Positions 41,537 to 51,458 of a DNA stretch of 64,000 nucleotides are shown in pieces. The notes beneath the pieces are model-generated. The model searched no databases, was not told the origin of the DNA, and saw only the letters and a list, made by a program, of their open reading frames with translations. Numbering within the stretch: position 1 is the first letter of the stretch; each line of letters opens with the position of its first letter. The position numbers were made by a program, and so were the translations under genes. The DNA is from Anaerolineae bacterium. Lineage in GTDB: Bacteria > Chloroflexota > Anaerolineae > UBA1429. Where the stretch lies: the NCBI GenBank assembly GCA_963675785.1, contig OY776562.1:608001-672000 (forward strand), written 5' to 3'.

Positions 41537-43405
41537 CTAGAAATCGGCGTGCGAAACTTGCAGTTGCGTGATCTCCAGACTAACGGGGATATCCAAATCG
41601 GCGGCGATCATGTCTCGGGCAGTCTGCGCGCTAGCTTCATCCAAGCTTTCTGATTTTACAATAACAGAGATGACGAGGCCATCGGCAGTTTCTTCCATTT
41701 TCCAGCTATCAATACTGCTGTCAGGGACGGTTTGGGAGATGGCGCTTTGCAAACTGGTTTGAACGTGATTTGCAAACACCTCTTTTTGAACTGCATTGAT
41801 ACCAATCGCAGCCAGAATGATAATAACTGTTGCCAAAAGCACCGTGGTGCCCAAAAGACCGCCGCGGAACGTCTTACCATGTTGCCCATCGCCTGAGCGA
41901 GGGTGAAAACCCATCCACAAAAAGATGACCACGGCTGCGGATACGATAGCTACGAGGTTAGTAAGGAACAGCAGCAGAGCCTGCACCCCCAGCGTTAACT
42001 CGCCAGAGCCTACAAGTAGGCCGACAGTAGCCAAAGGCGGCACCAAGGCCACAGCGATAGCCACACCCGAAAGGGCACCTGCGGCCTCTCGGCGAGAGGT
42101 GGCATACGCAGCGGCTGCGCCCGACGCCAGAGCAACGCCCAGGTCCAGCAGAGTGGGTGAGGTTCGCCCCAGCATCTGGTCGGTGATGTTAGACCCCGGC
42201 ACCAGCCAGCCCAGGAACAAACTAACTCCGAATACCAGCAGGACGCCCTGAACCAGCGTGCGTAACGAGAGCCTTAGCATACGCTGATCTCCCTGTACGA
42301 CACTGAGACTGGTGCCCAGCAATGAGGACATGAGCGGCGCAATAATCATGGCGCCGATGATGACCGCCGAGCTGTTGAGCAAAAGACCAAGGGAGGCAAT
42401 GACGGCGGATAGGATTATCATTGTGTTGAAATCGGCGTCTGTACGCGACTGGCGTCGAACGCGGCGATAGATCTCGATGCGTTCTTCGAGAGTAAGTTGT
42501 GGCATGAGCTTGAGTAAGCCCCAACGTGCTTGCCGAAGAGCCGCTCGAGAAGCGCTATCTCTGCGACGCACAATAAAGAGCGGTATCTGCGAGCGCTGGG
42601 CAAGCTCTTGGGGAAGGTTGCCAAAGAGCAGGCGGTCTACCAAACTCTCGCGGGTGGCACCAATAAGGATGAGTTCGTGTTCGGCTGCTTCTTGAAGAAT
42701 GCCGTCGATGACACCGCGCGATAACACCACATGAGGATGTAAACGTTCATTTTGGCCAAAGGGTTCTACCACAGAACGAATCAGATCCCACTGGGAAAGC
42801 GTAGCTGTGGGGCTTAGGTCCGGATTGGCGATACGCACGGCGCTCATCTCCGCCTGAGGAGCCATATCCAGTCCCAGGCTGATGGCCAGTGAGGCGTTGG
42901 GGCCAGCACCGGTTGGTACCAATATCTGCTTGAGGTTGGCCATTCTCTTGGAAAAAGATGCGGCATCTTCGGTCACGCGCAGCACAATTACGTCGCAAGA
43001 TGCATTTTGGATGAGCGGATCGAGCGTTGTGCCCAGTACGTATGAACCACGCGAAGGCTGGCCGCGCCATACCAGCGAGAGCAGATCGGGCTCTTGATCC
43101 CGTACGAAGGAGAGCAAAAGATCTGCGCTGTTTAGGCCAACCAGCACGACAGGTTCTTGCACAACATCATCAAATTCTGAGGGGATGGACAGCCAATCAG
43201 GCGGTGCCTCTCGTTCTCCCACATGCACAGGTATGATCGTGCCCTGGCGTGATCGGGCTAGTGGCACCAGGGCGGCTAACTGGATAGACAGGTGTTCGGC
43301 AGTCCCGACTGCGGCGATGATGCGGTAGGCAGTCAATTCATCCTGATGTTTCTCAGCCGATAGGCCGTCTGGAATTGGGAGTCTCGAAGAAAATAGAGAG
43401 GTCAT
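41537..43405 (-). CDS. USP-USP-DUF389 fusion membrane protein
   Basis: Two universal-stress domains, then NSSAVIIGAMIIAPLM and GVAIAVALVPPL. Confidence 0.85.
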   Translation of the reverse strand: MTSLFSSRLPIPDGLSAEKHQDELTAYRIIAAVGTAEHLSIQLAALVPLARSRQGTIIPVHVGEREAPPDWLSIPSEFDDVVQEPVVLVGLNSADLLLSFVRDQEPDLLSLVWRGQPSRGSYVLGTTLDPLIQNASCDVIVLRVTEDAASFSKRMANLKQILVPTGAGPNASLAISLGLDMAPQAEMSAVRIANPDLSPTATLSQWDLIRSVVEPFGQNERLHPHVVLSRGVIDGILQEAAEHELILIGATRESLVDRLLFGNLPQELAQRSQIPLFIVRRRDSASRAALRQARWGLLKLMPQLTLEERIEIYRRVRRQSRTDADFNTMIILSAVIASLGLLLNSSAVIIGAMIIAPLMSSLLGTSLSVVQGDQRMLRLSLRTLVQGVLLVFGVSLFLGWLVPGSNITDQMLGRTSPTLLDLGVALASGAAAAYATSRREAAGALSGVAIAVALVPPLATVGLLVGSGELTLGVQALLLFLTNLVAIVSAAVVIFLWMGFHPRSGDGQHGKTFRGGLLGTTVLLATVIIILAAIGINAVQKEVFANHVQTSLQSAISQTVPDSSIDSWKMEETADGLVISVIVKSESLDEASAQTARDMIAADLDIPVSLEITQLQVSHADF

Positions 43406-43501
43406 CTCGATCTGTCATCCTGTGTTAAGGGCCAACTAAAGAGCAGCACCCAAAGCGATAACTATGCTTGCCGCATGTTACACAGTACCATTGTACCATG
43501 A

Positions 43502-44791
43502 TTACAGAATAGACTCACAGGGAGGTTCTTCTGATTGATTTTCAGTTGCATAGGCTCCGCGGGGTGTTTTGAACTGAAACCAGAATAGGATGCCACCAAC
43601 GGTAGAAGCAATGGCCCCCGTCGCGAAAACGGCTCCATAGCTGATCGATGTTGCCAGATATCCGCCGCCAAACGAGACGATCGCATTGCCCACATTAGAA
43701 GCTGCTGTAGTAATACCCGAAAGGAACTGCCGCCATTCCGCCCCCAGTATCTCCTGAATGAACACAATGTAGGCCGGCCGAGCGATTTGCCCTGCGGCGT
43801 TGACAATGAGAAACCCCAAGCCTGCTCCCAGCTCTGAATGTGTAAAAGCCATAACCACCAACCCTACACCTACACCGATAGCCCCCCAACTGACGGTGGG
43901 CACCAATCCCTTCTTTTCGCAGATGCGCGGCGTCATCAGTGCGGCAGGTGCAGCCAAAAGTTGGCCTATGGCGGTGATAACGCCGATGGTGGACGTAGGC
44001 GTATGTAGAACAGTATCTAGATAGACGTTCAGGAAGGTTCGTGCGGCGTTTTCGCCTGCCAAACGCAAGATGGAGACAACTGCCATGCCTGCGATGATAT
44101 TGCGCGCACCAATGGGGAGCACTTTGGGATTTATTGCATCCTTGGTAGATAGCTCACCAATGTCTTGGGTCTTGGCCATGAGGAATAGGGCAGGGATATA
44201 GAGAATTGCTCCTGCAACCAAAGCCCAGCGATAGGGACCTGCGTTATCAACTGTAGTGCTCATCAAGCTGGCAAACAGCGCCGGCAGCCAGCCGCCTATA
44301 AGACTTCCTATGAAACCGCCAAAGGGTGTAAGAGCTGCGTTTAGACTAAATGCCTGCTGTCGCTGTTTTGTTGGTGTTGTAACGGTAAGAAGAGGATGAA
44401 AATTAGGGAAATAAATCCCCGTTGCAATGCCAGAGAGCATGCGCATCAAGATGAACCACCAAGCAGATAATCCCCCCATGAGTTCCCCTAGGGGGAATAG
44501 CAGCGAGCTGATCAGCATCAGGTACATGCTTAGCATCACAACGCGTTTCATGCTGTATCGCCTGGATAGTTTATCTACGCTGAGGCTGGCCCCTATCACG
44601 GCAATCTGGGTCAATCCCGTTAGGATCCCTATGAAGCGCGCGTCATAGCCCAATCGAAGGAGGTACAGGTTCATCAGCACCGACCAGATGCCCCCCCCAA
44701 TGGTGATGACACGTAGGGCGCTTGTGCCCAAGAGTCTAAAAGAGGATTTATCCAGGCGATAATCAAGTGAATTTACAGGCCCTTGTTCCAT
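43502..44791 (-). CDS. MFS transporter
   Basis: About 12 TM segments; NLYLLRLG and DKLSRR motif A-like loop. Confidence 0.85.
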   Translation of the reverse strand: MEQGPVNSLDYRLDKSSFRLLGTSALRVITIGGGIWSVLMNLYLLRLGYDARFIGILTGLTQIAVIGASLSVDKLSRRYSMKRVVMLSMYLMLISSLLFPLGELMGGLSAWWFILMRMLSGIATGIYFPNFHPLLTVTTPTKQRQQAFSLNAALTPFGGFIGSLIGGWLPALFASLMSTTVDNAGPYRWALVAGAILYIPALFLMAKTQDIGELSTKDAINPKVLPIGARNIIAGMAVVSILRLAGENAARTFLNVYLDTVLHTPTSTIGVITAIGQLLAAPAALMTPRICEKKGLVPTVSWGAIGVGVGLVVMAFTHSELGAGLGFLIVNAAGQIARPAYIVFIQEILGAEWRQFLSGITTAASNVGNAIVSFGGGYLATSISYGAVFATGAIASTVGGILFWFQFKTPRGAYATENQSEEPPCESIL

Positions 44792-44905
44792 TATTACCTC
44801 AATTGGCTTACATTTATCTGTCTAGTCATGAGATAGATTCTACCCGCGTAAACAGCCTAGTACAATCCGCACAGAGGGGAACACATGATTACTGTGCTCT
44901 ATACC

Positions 44906-44934
44906 TTGGCAGATTGTTCAAAATCGGTTATAAT
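44906..44934 (+). promoter_or_regulatory. Sigma70-type promoter of the peptide ABC operon
   Basis: TTGGCA-N17-TATAAT. Confidence 0.6.
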
Positions 44935-44974
44935 ACCCTTTATAGTTTGCACCTGTGCAACTCTCGCTGGGTCA

Positions 44975-45069
44975 ATGACGATCTGGTTCATGTCCCCGAC
45001 AACCCTGGGGACGGGCGAAGCCGCCCACTTCTGTTCTATAGTCAGGAAGGGGGACAGCCAGACGGTCAT
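44975..45069 (+). ncRNA. Candidate structured cis-regulatory leader RNA
   Basis: Nested pairings ATGAC/GTCAT, TCTGG/CCAGA and TGTCCCC/GGGGACA enclosing two hairpins. Confidence 0.4.
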
Positions 45070-45123
45070 GATGTTTCCTGATGGTTTCAGTCGAAGCAAT
45101 CAAGTTGATCCAGGAGAGAAATA

Positions 45124-46839
45124 GTGAAAAAGACATTTGCACTTGTCGTTAGCTTGCTGGTCATTGCAAGCATGGTGCTGTCGGGCTGTTCGCAGCCCAC
45201 TGCCACCCCCGCTCCCACATCTGCCCCAGATCCGACGGCTACTACGGCCGCTGCGACCGCCGAGCCCGAAGCCACGGCAGTGTCGGAAGTTACTACTGAG
45301 CCAGAAGCTACCACAGAGGTCGTATCTGAACTTTTGTGGACTCCTGAGCTCTTGCAGGCTTTCTCTGCCGCAATTGACCGCGAAGAGCTGGTCGATCGCG
45401 TTTTTGAAGGCCGTAACACCCCGGCCTATTCCATGGTCCCCGAAGACTATCCGTATGCGACCGAGCCCTTCTTGGATGCCTACGGCGAGCGTGACCTGGA
45501 TTTGGCCATTGAGCTGTTGACAGACGCCGGTTACACGGCCGATGCCCCGCTCGAGATTGAGCTTTGGTACCCGCCCGAGCACTATGGCACCACCACTGCT
45601 GATGTGATGCAGGTCCTCAAAGAGCAGCTCGAAGAGACCGGTCTGATCCTGATTGACCTCTCGAGCCAGAACTGGGCTTCTTACGTCGATGCCTTTGTGG
45701 CCGGCGAAATGCCCGTGTTTATGCTTGGTTGGTTCCCCGATTTCGCAGACCCCGACAACTGGCTGACTCCGTTTGCCTCTTGCCTCCAGTCTCCGGATAA
45801 CGGTGTGAACTTTTGCGACGAGGAAATGGACGCTTTGTTGAACGCTGCTGCTTCTTCTTCGGATGCAGCCGAGCGTGAAGAGCTATATCAGCAGATCGGC
45901 GACCTCTATGCTGAACTAGTTCCTACACTTCCGCTGTTCTGGGAATCCGAGTATGTGACCTACCGTGACGGCGTTGAAGGTGTTGATATCGGCTCAACCT
46001 TTGAGTTCAACTATAACGTCCTGAGCTTTGCCGAGGACGCCATCCCCGCTTCCGGCAGCACAGATACCATCATCATCGGCACCACCGATGAGGTGCACAG
46101 CCTGGATGCAAACGATGCCTACGCCACCCATGACTGGGAAATCATCAAGAACACGGGTCGCCCCTTGTTGACCTATGCTCCTGGCGAGACTGAGCTCATC
46201 CCAGGTTTGGCTGAGGCCCTGCCCGAAGTGAGTGATGATGGCCTCACCTATACCTTTAAACTACGCGAAGGTCTGACCTTTGCCGATGGCACGCCCATCA
46301 CCGCTGATTCCTTTGTATACTCTTGGGATCGTCTCAACTCCCTCGAAGGCGAAGTCTCCGGTTTGGTGCAGGTTTACGTCGAAAGCGTCGAGGCTGTGGA
46401 TGACCTGACGGTGGCTTATCATCTCACCGGCACCTACGGTTTCTTCTCAGCATTGGCTGCAACTGCGCCGTTCGTTCCTGTAAACCCCAACACCTTCCCG
46501 GCTGACGAACTCGTTGGTTATCCTGAGACCATTGAGGGCTGTGGTCCGTACGTTATGACCTCCTTGGTTGCTGGTGAGCAGATGGTGCTTGAGGCGAACC
46601 CCGAGTACTTTGGCGACGATGCTGCCTTGATCCCCAACGTCATCATTCGTTACTATGCTGATCCGACGACCATGGCCAACGCTGTGGAAAGCGGCGAGAT
46701 CGACGTTGCCTGGCGTACGCTTGGCCCCGTTGAGGCAGTCCGCCTCTCTGAGGTCGAGGGTTTGAACGTGATTACGGTTGAAGCACCTTCGCTCCGTTAC
46801 CTTGTGTTCAACCATACGTACACTGTGCCTGCTGAATAG
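45124..46839 (+). CDS. Family-5 ABC solute-binding lipoprotein, circularly permuted
   Basis: Lipobox LSGC22; the canonical C-half (AFSAAIDRE...LGWFPDFADPD) precedes the canonical N-half (IIIGTTD...YTFKLREGLTFADG...GCGPY...YLVFN). Confidence 0.9.
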   Translation: MKKTFALVVSLLVIASMVLSGCSQPTATPAPTSAPDPTATTAAATAEPEATAVSEVTTEPEATTEVVSELLWTPELLQAFSAAIDREELVDRVFEGRNTPAYSMVPEDYPYATEPFLDAYGERDLDLAIELLTDAGYTADAPLEIELWYPPEHYGTTTADVMQVLKEQLEETGLILIDLSSQNWASYVDAFVAGEMPVFMLGWFPDFADPDNWLTPFASCLQSPDNGVNFCDEEMDALLNAAASSSDAAEREELYQQIGDLYAELVPTLPLFWESEYVTYRDGVEGVDIGSTFEFNYNVLSFAEDAIPASGSTDTIIIGTTDEVHSLDANDAYATHDWEIIKNTGRPLLTYAPGETELIPGLAEALPEVSDDGLTYTFKLREGLTFADGTPITADSFVYSWDRLNSLEGEVSGLVQVYVESVEAVDDLTVAYHLTGTYGFFSALAATAPFVPVNPNTFPADELVGYPETIEGCGPYVMTSLVAGEQMVLEANPEYFGDDAALIPNVIIRYYADPTTMANAVESGEIDVAWRTLGPVEAVRLSEVEGLNVITVEAPSLRYLVFNHTYTVPAE

Positions 46840-46874
46840 CGGTTACCTTACCGCACCATTCACTGTTAGGACGT

Positions 46875-46899
46875 GGGGGGCGGTCGTAAGACTGCCCCC
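46875..46899 (+). other. Intra-operon stem-loop after the SBP gene (probable mRNA stabiliser)
   Basis: GGGGGCGGTC-GTAA-GACTGCCCCC with no long U tail. Confidence 0.5.
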
Positions 46900-46925
46900 T
46901 TGCGTTATGGACTGGAGTTCCTTCT

Positions 46926-47948
46926 ATGTCGGCTTCTCTACGCAAGTTTCTGGTTGTGCGCATCCTTTTAACGATTCCTATGGTGATCATTCTGATCACA
47001 ATGGTCTTTTTTATCATGCGCGTGTTGCCAGGAGACCCTATACGTTCACAGCTTGGTCCCAAGGTATCAGAAGAGCAAGCAGAGGCGATGCGTGAACGCT
47101 TGGGCCTCAATAGGCCTTTATATGAGCAGTACTTTGATTTTCTTTGGGACACGATCCGGCTTGATTTTGGGACAGCGCTGACTTCAGGAGAGCGTCCCAT
47201 TGCGGATGAACTCGCTGAGCGGCTGCCCGCCACCATTGAACTGACTATTCCGGCCATGCTAATTACGGGTATTGCAGGCATAGGCCTTGGAGCATACGCA
47301 GCCAAGCACCGTAAACAGCCACAGGATTACATCATCCGTGCGGGAAGCATCGTTGTATATGCTATCCCCGTATTCTTTATGGGCTTGCTTTTTCAGATTT
47401 TGTTCGCGGTAAGAATCCCCATCCTGCCTCTTTCTGGGCGAATGGATACCATGATCCTCACTTCGTTCGAGTCAGTAACCGGCTTTTATGTCATCGATTC
47501 CATTATCACCGGAAACTGGCCCGCACTTTGGTCCGCCATCACCCATTTGATTATGCCCTCTGTAACGCTCAGTCTTGCTTTGACGGGGGTGTTTATTCGC
47601 CTAACGCGAGTAAACATGCTCGAAATGCTTCAGCAAGATTTCGTTACGGCTGGTCGTGCGCGTGGTATCCCCGAAAGACGCCTGGTGTACAAACACGCTC
47701 TGCGTAACACACTCATCCCCATTCTGACCATGTTTGGCATGCAGTTTGCTATTCTGCTTGCGGGTGCCACCCTTACAGAGACTACTTTTTCCTGGCCGGG
47801 CATTGGTCGTTATTTGGTTGAGAGAATCGAATTGCGTGACTATACCGCGGTTCAGGCTACGATCGCCGTCTTTGCTATGTTTGTTGCACTCATCAGTTTG
47901 TTAATGGATGTGGTCAACGCGTTCGTGGATCCCAGAATTCGCTACTAA
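46926..47948 (+). CDS. dppB: Peptide/nickel ABC permease (DppB/OppB)
   Basis: LPGDP, LPATIEL, ARGIPE EAA loop, DPRIRY. Confidence 0.9.
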   Translation: MSASLRKFLVVRILLTIPMVIILITMVFFIMRVLPGDPIRSQLGPKVSEEQAEAMRERLGLNRPLYEQYFDFLWDTIRLDFGTALTSGERPIADELAERLPATIELTIPAMLITGIAGIGLGAYAAKHRKQPQDYIIRAGSIVVYAIPVFFMGLLFQILFAVRIPILPLSGRMDTMILTSFESVTGFYVIDSIITGNWPALWSAITHLIMPSVTLSLALTGVFIRLTRVNMLEMLQQDFVTAGRARGIPERRLVYKHALRNTLIPILTMFGMQFAILLAGATLTETTFSWPGIGRYLVERIELRDYTAVQATIAVFAMFVALISLLMDVVNAFVDPRIRY

Positions 47949-47968
47949 GTTGGAATGGATGGCAGAAG

Positions 47969-49222
47969 ATGAACCAGAAAAATAAAGATGCTGCATCTGT
48001 TCCCGAGTGGCAGCAAGATCTCGATAAAGTTGGTTTTGTACGCAAGCTGTTTATGGCTCGCAAGTGGTATGGTGGCGATTGGTGGTTTGTCGCCATTAGC
48101 GCCGTGTTGCTGTTCGGCGTTATTTTGCTAGGTGTCTTCCCCCAATGGTTCGCTCCATATGACCCCCGTGAAGAGGTTGGTGCTTCGCTCATGGCCCCCG
48201 GGCAGGAATCAGAGACATATGTTCTGGTGGTGCCGGAGGATTCCGAAGCCGAGTCTTTACGGGATGTAGGGCTCCGCGAGAATGCTCTGGGTTACACCAT
48301 GGGTACTCCAGCTAGCCAGTCGTTGCGCGATGCGCTGGATACCGCTACGGACGAAGACCAGGCCGCTGGTTTGGATGTTCGTTATCAGCCGCGCAAGACG
48401 CGTTATGAGACGCTCGAAGAGGGACTGGCTGCCTTGGAGGTGGGCGAGTTGGATGGCTATATCGTTTCCAACATCGTCTTTGAAGAGGTTGCAGATAACT
48501 ATTCGGGGTTACGCATTGTTGGCTCTATTAGCGATGTAGAAACGCCCCATTTTGTCTTGGGCACCAATCAGCTAGGCCAAGATGTTCTCAGTCGCACGAT
48601 CTGGGGTACCCGTATCGCATTGATCGTGGGACTTTGTTCGGCACTGGCCTCCATCGTTATTGGCGTGCCATTGGGGCTTGTCAGTGGCTTTGTCGGTGGT
48701 TGGGTGGATCGGGTACTGACTTTGGTGATGGATAGCCTTTATTCTTTCCCGGGGCTCATTCTGGCCATCGCTATCGCGGCTGTCCTTGGTTCAGGTATTG
48801 GCAACATCATTGTGGCTATCTCTGTGGTCTATGTGCCCACTTATTTCAGGGTTGTTCGCGGGCAAACGTTGTCTGTAAAAGAGGAACTCTATGTCGAGGC
48901 TGCTAAAAGTCTTGGCGCCACCTCTCGCGAGGTGCTCTGGAAGTATGTGTTCCCTAACGTTATCCCCTCCGTCGTCATCATCTTTAGCGTCAACGTGGCG
49001 GATGCGATACTTACAGAGGCAGGCCTGAGCTTCCTGGGATTCGGGTTACCCCCTGATGTTCCCGATTGGGGCATCGATCTGGCTCGTGGACAGGACTATA
49101 TTCGCCGGGCTTGGTGGCTTATTACAATACCTGGCGCCATGGTTAGCCTGGTGACACTCTCGTTCAGCATGCTCGGAGAAAGCCTCTCAGAGATTCTGAA
49201 CCCAAGATTGGCGGAGATTTAG
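47969..49222 (+). CDS. dppC: Peptide/nickel ABC permease (DppC/OppC) with an inserted extracellular domain of about 115 aa
   Basis: APYDP...[insert]...HFVLGTNQLGQDV, EAAKSLGA, LSFLGFG. Confidence 0.9.
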   Translation: MNQKNKDAASVPEWQQDLDKVGFVRKLFMARKWYGGDWWFVAISAVLLFGVILLGVFPQWFAPYDPREEVGASLMAPGQESETYVLVVPEDSEAESLRDVGLRENALGYTMGTPASQSLRDALDTATDEDQAAGLDVRYQPRKTRYETLEEGLAALEVGELDGYIVSNIVFEEVADNYSGLRIVGSISDVETPHFVLGTNQLGQDVLSRTIWGTRIALIVGLCSALASIVIGVPLGLVSGFVGGWVDRVLTLVMDSLYSFPGLILAIAIAAVLGSGIGNIIVAISVVYVPTYFRVVRGQTLSVKEELYVEAAKSLGATSREVLWKYVFPNVIPSVVIIFSVNVADAILTEAGLSFLGFGLPPDVPDWGIDLARGQDYIRRAWWLITIPGAMVSLVTLSFSMLGESLSEILNPRLAEI

Positions 49223-49225
49223 GCA

Positions 49226-50227
49226 ATGGCATCAGTCGTTACAGATACGTTGCCCCTTGTGCAGTTGCGCGATCTTTCCGTAACCTATCACACCCGTTTA
49301 GGCTCGGTGAGCGCCGTGGATGGTGTCTCTTTTGATATCCATCGCGGCGAGATTCTTGGCCTTGTGGGTGAAAGCGGTTGCGGCAAGAGCACTATGGGCA
49401 AGGCAATAATGCGCATGATCATGCCACCGGGAGAAATTTCGAGCGGCGAGATCGTCTTTGATGGTCAAGATATTATGCTCTACAACGACGACCAGATGCG
49501 TGATTTTCGTGGTCGACGTATGAGCATGATCTTTCAAGATCCCATGACTTCACTCAACCCCGTACAGCGCATCGATGAGCACCTTGTTGAGGCTTTACAG
49601 GTACATGAACCCAAAACGCCGCGCGAAGCGGCTTTGGAACGTGCTCGTGTGCTCGCAGAGCGTCTTGGTATTCGCCGTGACCGCTTGCAGAGTTATCCAC
49701 ATCAATTGTCGGGTGGCATGCGACAGCGTGTGATGGTTTCTTTGGGGTTGCTGCTGAACGCTTCTTTGGTAGTGGCTGATGAAGCGACGACTTCTCTCGA
49801 TGTGATCGTCGAGGCCAAGCTGATCGATGAATTAGTCCGCCTACGAGATGAGTTTGGTATCTCCATCCTCATGATTACCCATAATATCGCGTTGGTGGCA
49901 GAGGCGGCGGATCGTGTTGCTGTGATGTATGCCGGACGCGTGGTTGAGGTGGGCGGCGTGTACGAGGTGTTTGATACACCGCTCCATCCTTATACGAGCG
50001 GCCTGCTCTCTTCGGTCCCCAGCATTGCGCTGGATGACACCGAGGAGCTTTACAAAATGCCTGGTGAACCTCCCAATCTTACACATCCTCCTATGGGGTG
50101 CCGATTCCATCCGCGCTGCCCCAAGGCGTTACCGATCTGTTCTCAAAAGGCCCCAACACTGTTGGATCAGGGTGGTGGACATCTGGTGAACTGCTGGCTG
50201 TATCAATCGATCGAGCAGGAGGGCTAG
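49226..50227 (+). CDS. dppD: Peptide ABC ATPase (DppD)
   Basis: [28 protein letters not shown]. Confidence 0.92.
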   Translation: MASVVTDTLPLVQLRDLSVTYHTRLGSVSAVDGVSFDIHRGEILGLVGESGCGKSTMGKAIMRMIMPPGEISSGEIVFDGQDIMLYNDDQMRDFRGRRMSMIFQDPMTSLNPVQRIDEHLVEALQVHEPKTPREAALERARVLAERLGIRRDRLQSYPHQLSGGMRQRVMVSLGLLLNASLVVADEATTSLDVIVEAKLIDELVRLRDEFGISILMITHNIALVAEAADRVAVMYAGRVVEVGGVYEVFDTPLHPYTSGLLSSVPSIALDDTEELYKMPGEPPNLTHPPMGCRFHPRCPKALPICSQKAPTLLDQGGGHLVNCWLYQSIEQEG

Positions 50228-50229
50228 CA

Positions 50230-51240
50230 ATGACAGTGGATGTTCAAACGGCCACCGTTGACAATCTCGTCGAGGTTGATAACCTTCGGGTCTGGTTCCC
50301 AGTTCAGCATGGGATTTTTGAGACGCTCGTATCCGGGCACAAAGACTATGTACATGCTGTGGACGATGTCAGTTTTGATATTCGGCGCGGCGAGGTGTTC
50401 GGCCTGGCGGGCGAGAGTGGCAGTGGCAAAAGCACCACGGGTCGCGCCATCATTCGTCTTCTTGATCCAACGGCGGGCAAAATTAGCTTTGACGGGATTG
50501 ACATGCAGACGCTCTCTGCTGAAGAGCTGCGGCATCTGCGGCGCCGTATGCAAGTGATTTTTCAGGACCCCATGGCCTCGCTAAACCCACGCATGTCTCT
50601 TGGTGCATCAATAGCCCACCCGCTCCAAATACATTTTCCCGAGCAAAAGGCCAGGCACCATGAGATGGCCAGCGAAATGATGGAACACGTCGGATTATCG
50701 CCTTCTCGTTTTTACTATGACAAGTACCCCCACCAGATATCGGGTGGGCAGCGTCAAAGGGTAGTCATCGCCCGTGCGCTTATCACACACCCCGATCTGG
50801 TTATTGCTGATGAACCCATCGCTATGGCTGATGTAAGCGTGCGCGCCCTACTGCTCGACTTGATGATAAAGCTCAAGCAAGAGCTCAACCTCACGTATCT
50901 ATTCATTACCCATGACCTGGCAACGGCCAAATATATCTGTGACCGGTTGGGTGTCATGTATTTGGGCAAGATGTGTGAGATGGGGAACCTAAAAGATGTG
51001 TACGGTGAACCCCTACACCCGTATACGCGGGCATTGTTGGCTGCTGTGCCGGTTCCTGATCCCCATCGACGCCGCACGGAGGCCATGCCAGAGGGTGAGA
51101 TTCCCAACGCAATTCATCCACCAAAGGGTTGCAGATATCATCCACGCTGCCCGCTGGCACAGCCTATCTGTTCGCAGCAGGATCCAGAGTTGCGTGAGCT
51201 GCGCCCCGGCCATTTTGTGGCTTGCCATTTGGCGCGCTAG
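50230..51240 (+). CDS. dppF: Peptide ABC ATPase (DppF)
   Basis: GESGSGKST, ISGGQRQR, HPYT, CRYHPRC, VACH. Confidence 0.92.
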   Translation: MTVDVQTATVDNLVEVDNLRVWFPVQHGIFETLVSGHKDYVHAVDDVSFDIRRGEVFGLAGESGSGKSTTGRAIIRLLDPTAGKISFDGIDMQTLSAEELRHLRRRMQVIFQDPMASLNPRMSLGASIAHPLQIHFPEQKARHHEMASEMMEHVGLSPSRFYYDKYPHQISGGQRQRVVIARALITHPDLVIADEPIAMADVSVRALLLDLMIKLKQELNLTYLFITHDLATAKYICDRLGVMYLGKMCEMGNLKDVYGEPLHPYTRALLAAVPVPDPHRRRTEAMPEGEIPNAIHPPKGCRYHPRCPLAQPICSQQDPELRELRPGHFVACHLAR

Positions 51241-51399
51241 GGATGGTTTTGAAAAAAAGCCCACTCGTAAAAAAGTTGCAAGAGAAAAAAGAAGGCGTAA
51301 CGCCTGCGCCGATTCGGGGTTGTCAATAACGAACGCGCTGGACGGGGGATGGGCTCCCTGAATAGCAAACTCTACGACGAGTGCATTGTCTTTCTCCTC

Positions 51400-51458
51400 A
51401 GACAGAGGCCGCGTCTCTCGAGGGATCTTTCCCTAGAGAGAGCGGCCTCTGTCTCTTT
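51400..51458. terminator. Long hairpin between convergent genes
   Basis: AGACAGAGGCCGC...GCGGCCTCTGTCT. Confidence 0.6.

Noticed and set aside
51338-51360. TGGACGGGGGATGGGCTCCC resembles a tmRNA/tRNA 3' T-arm (possible att remnant)
   Set aside because: Lacks the TTCGA loop and the CCA end; no integrase nearby.
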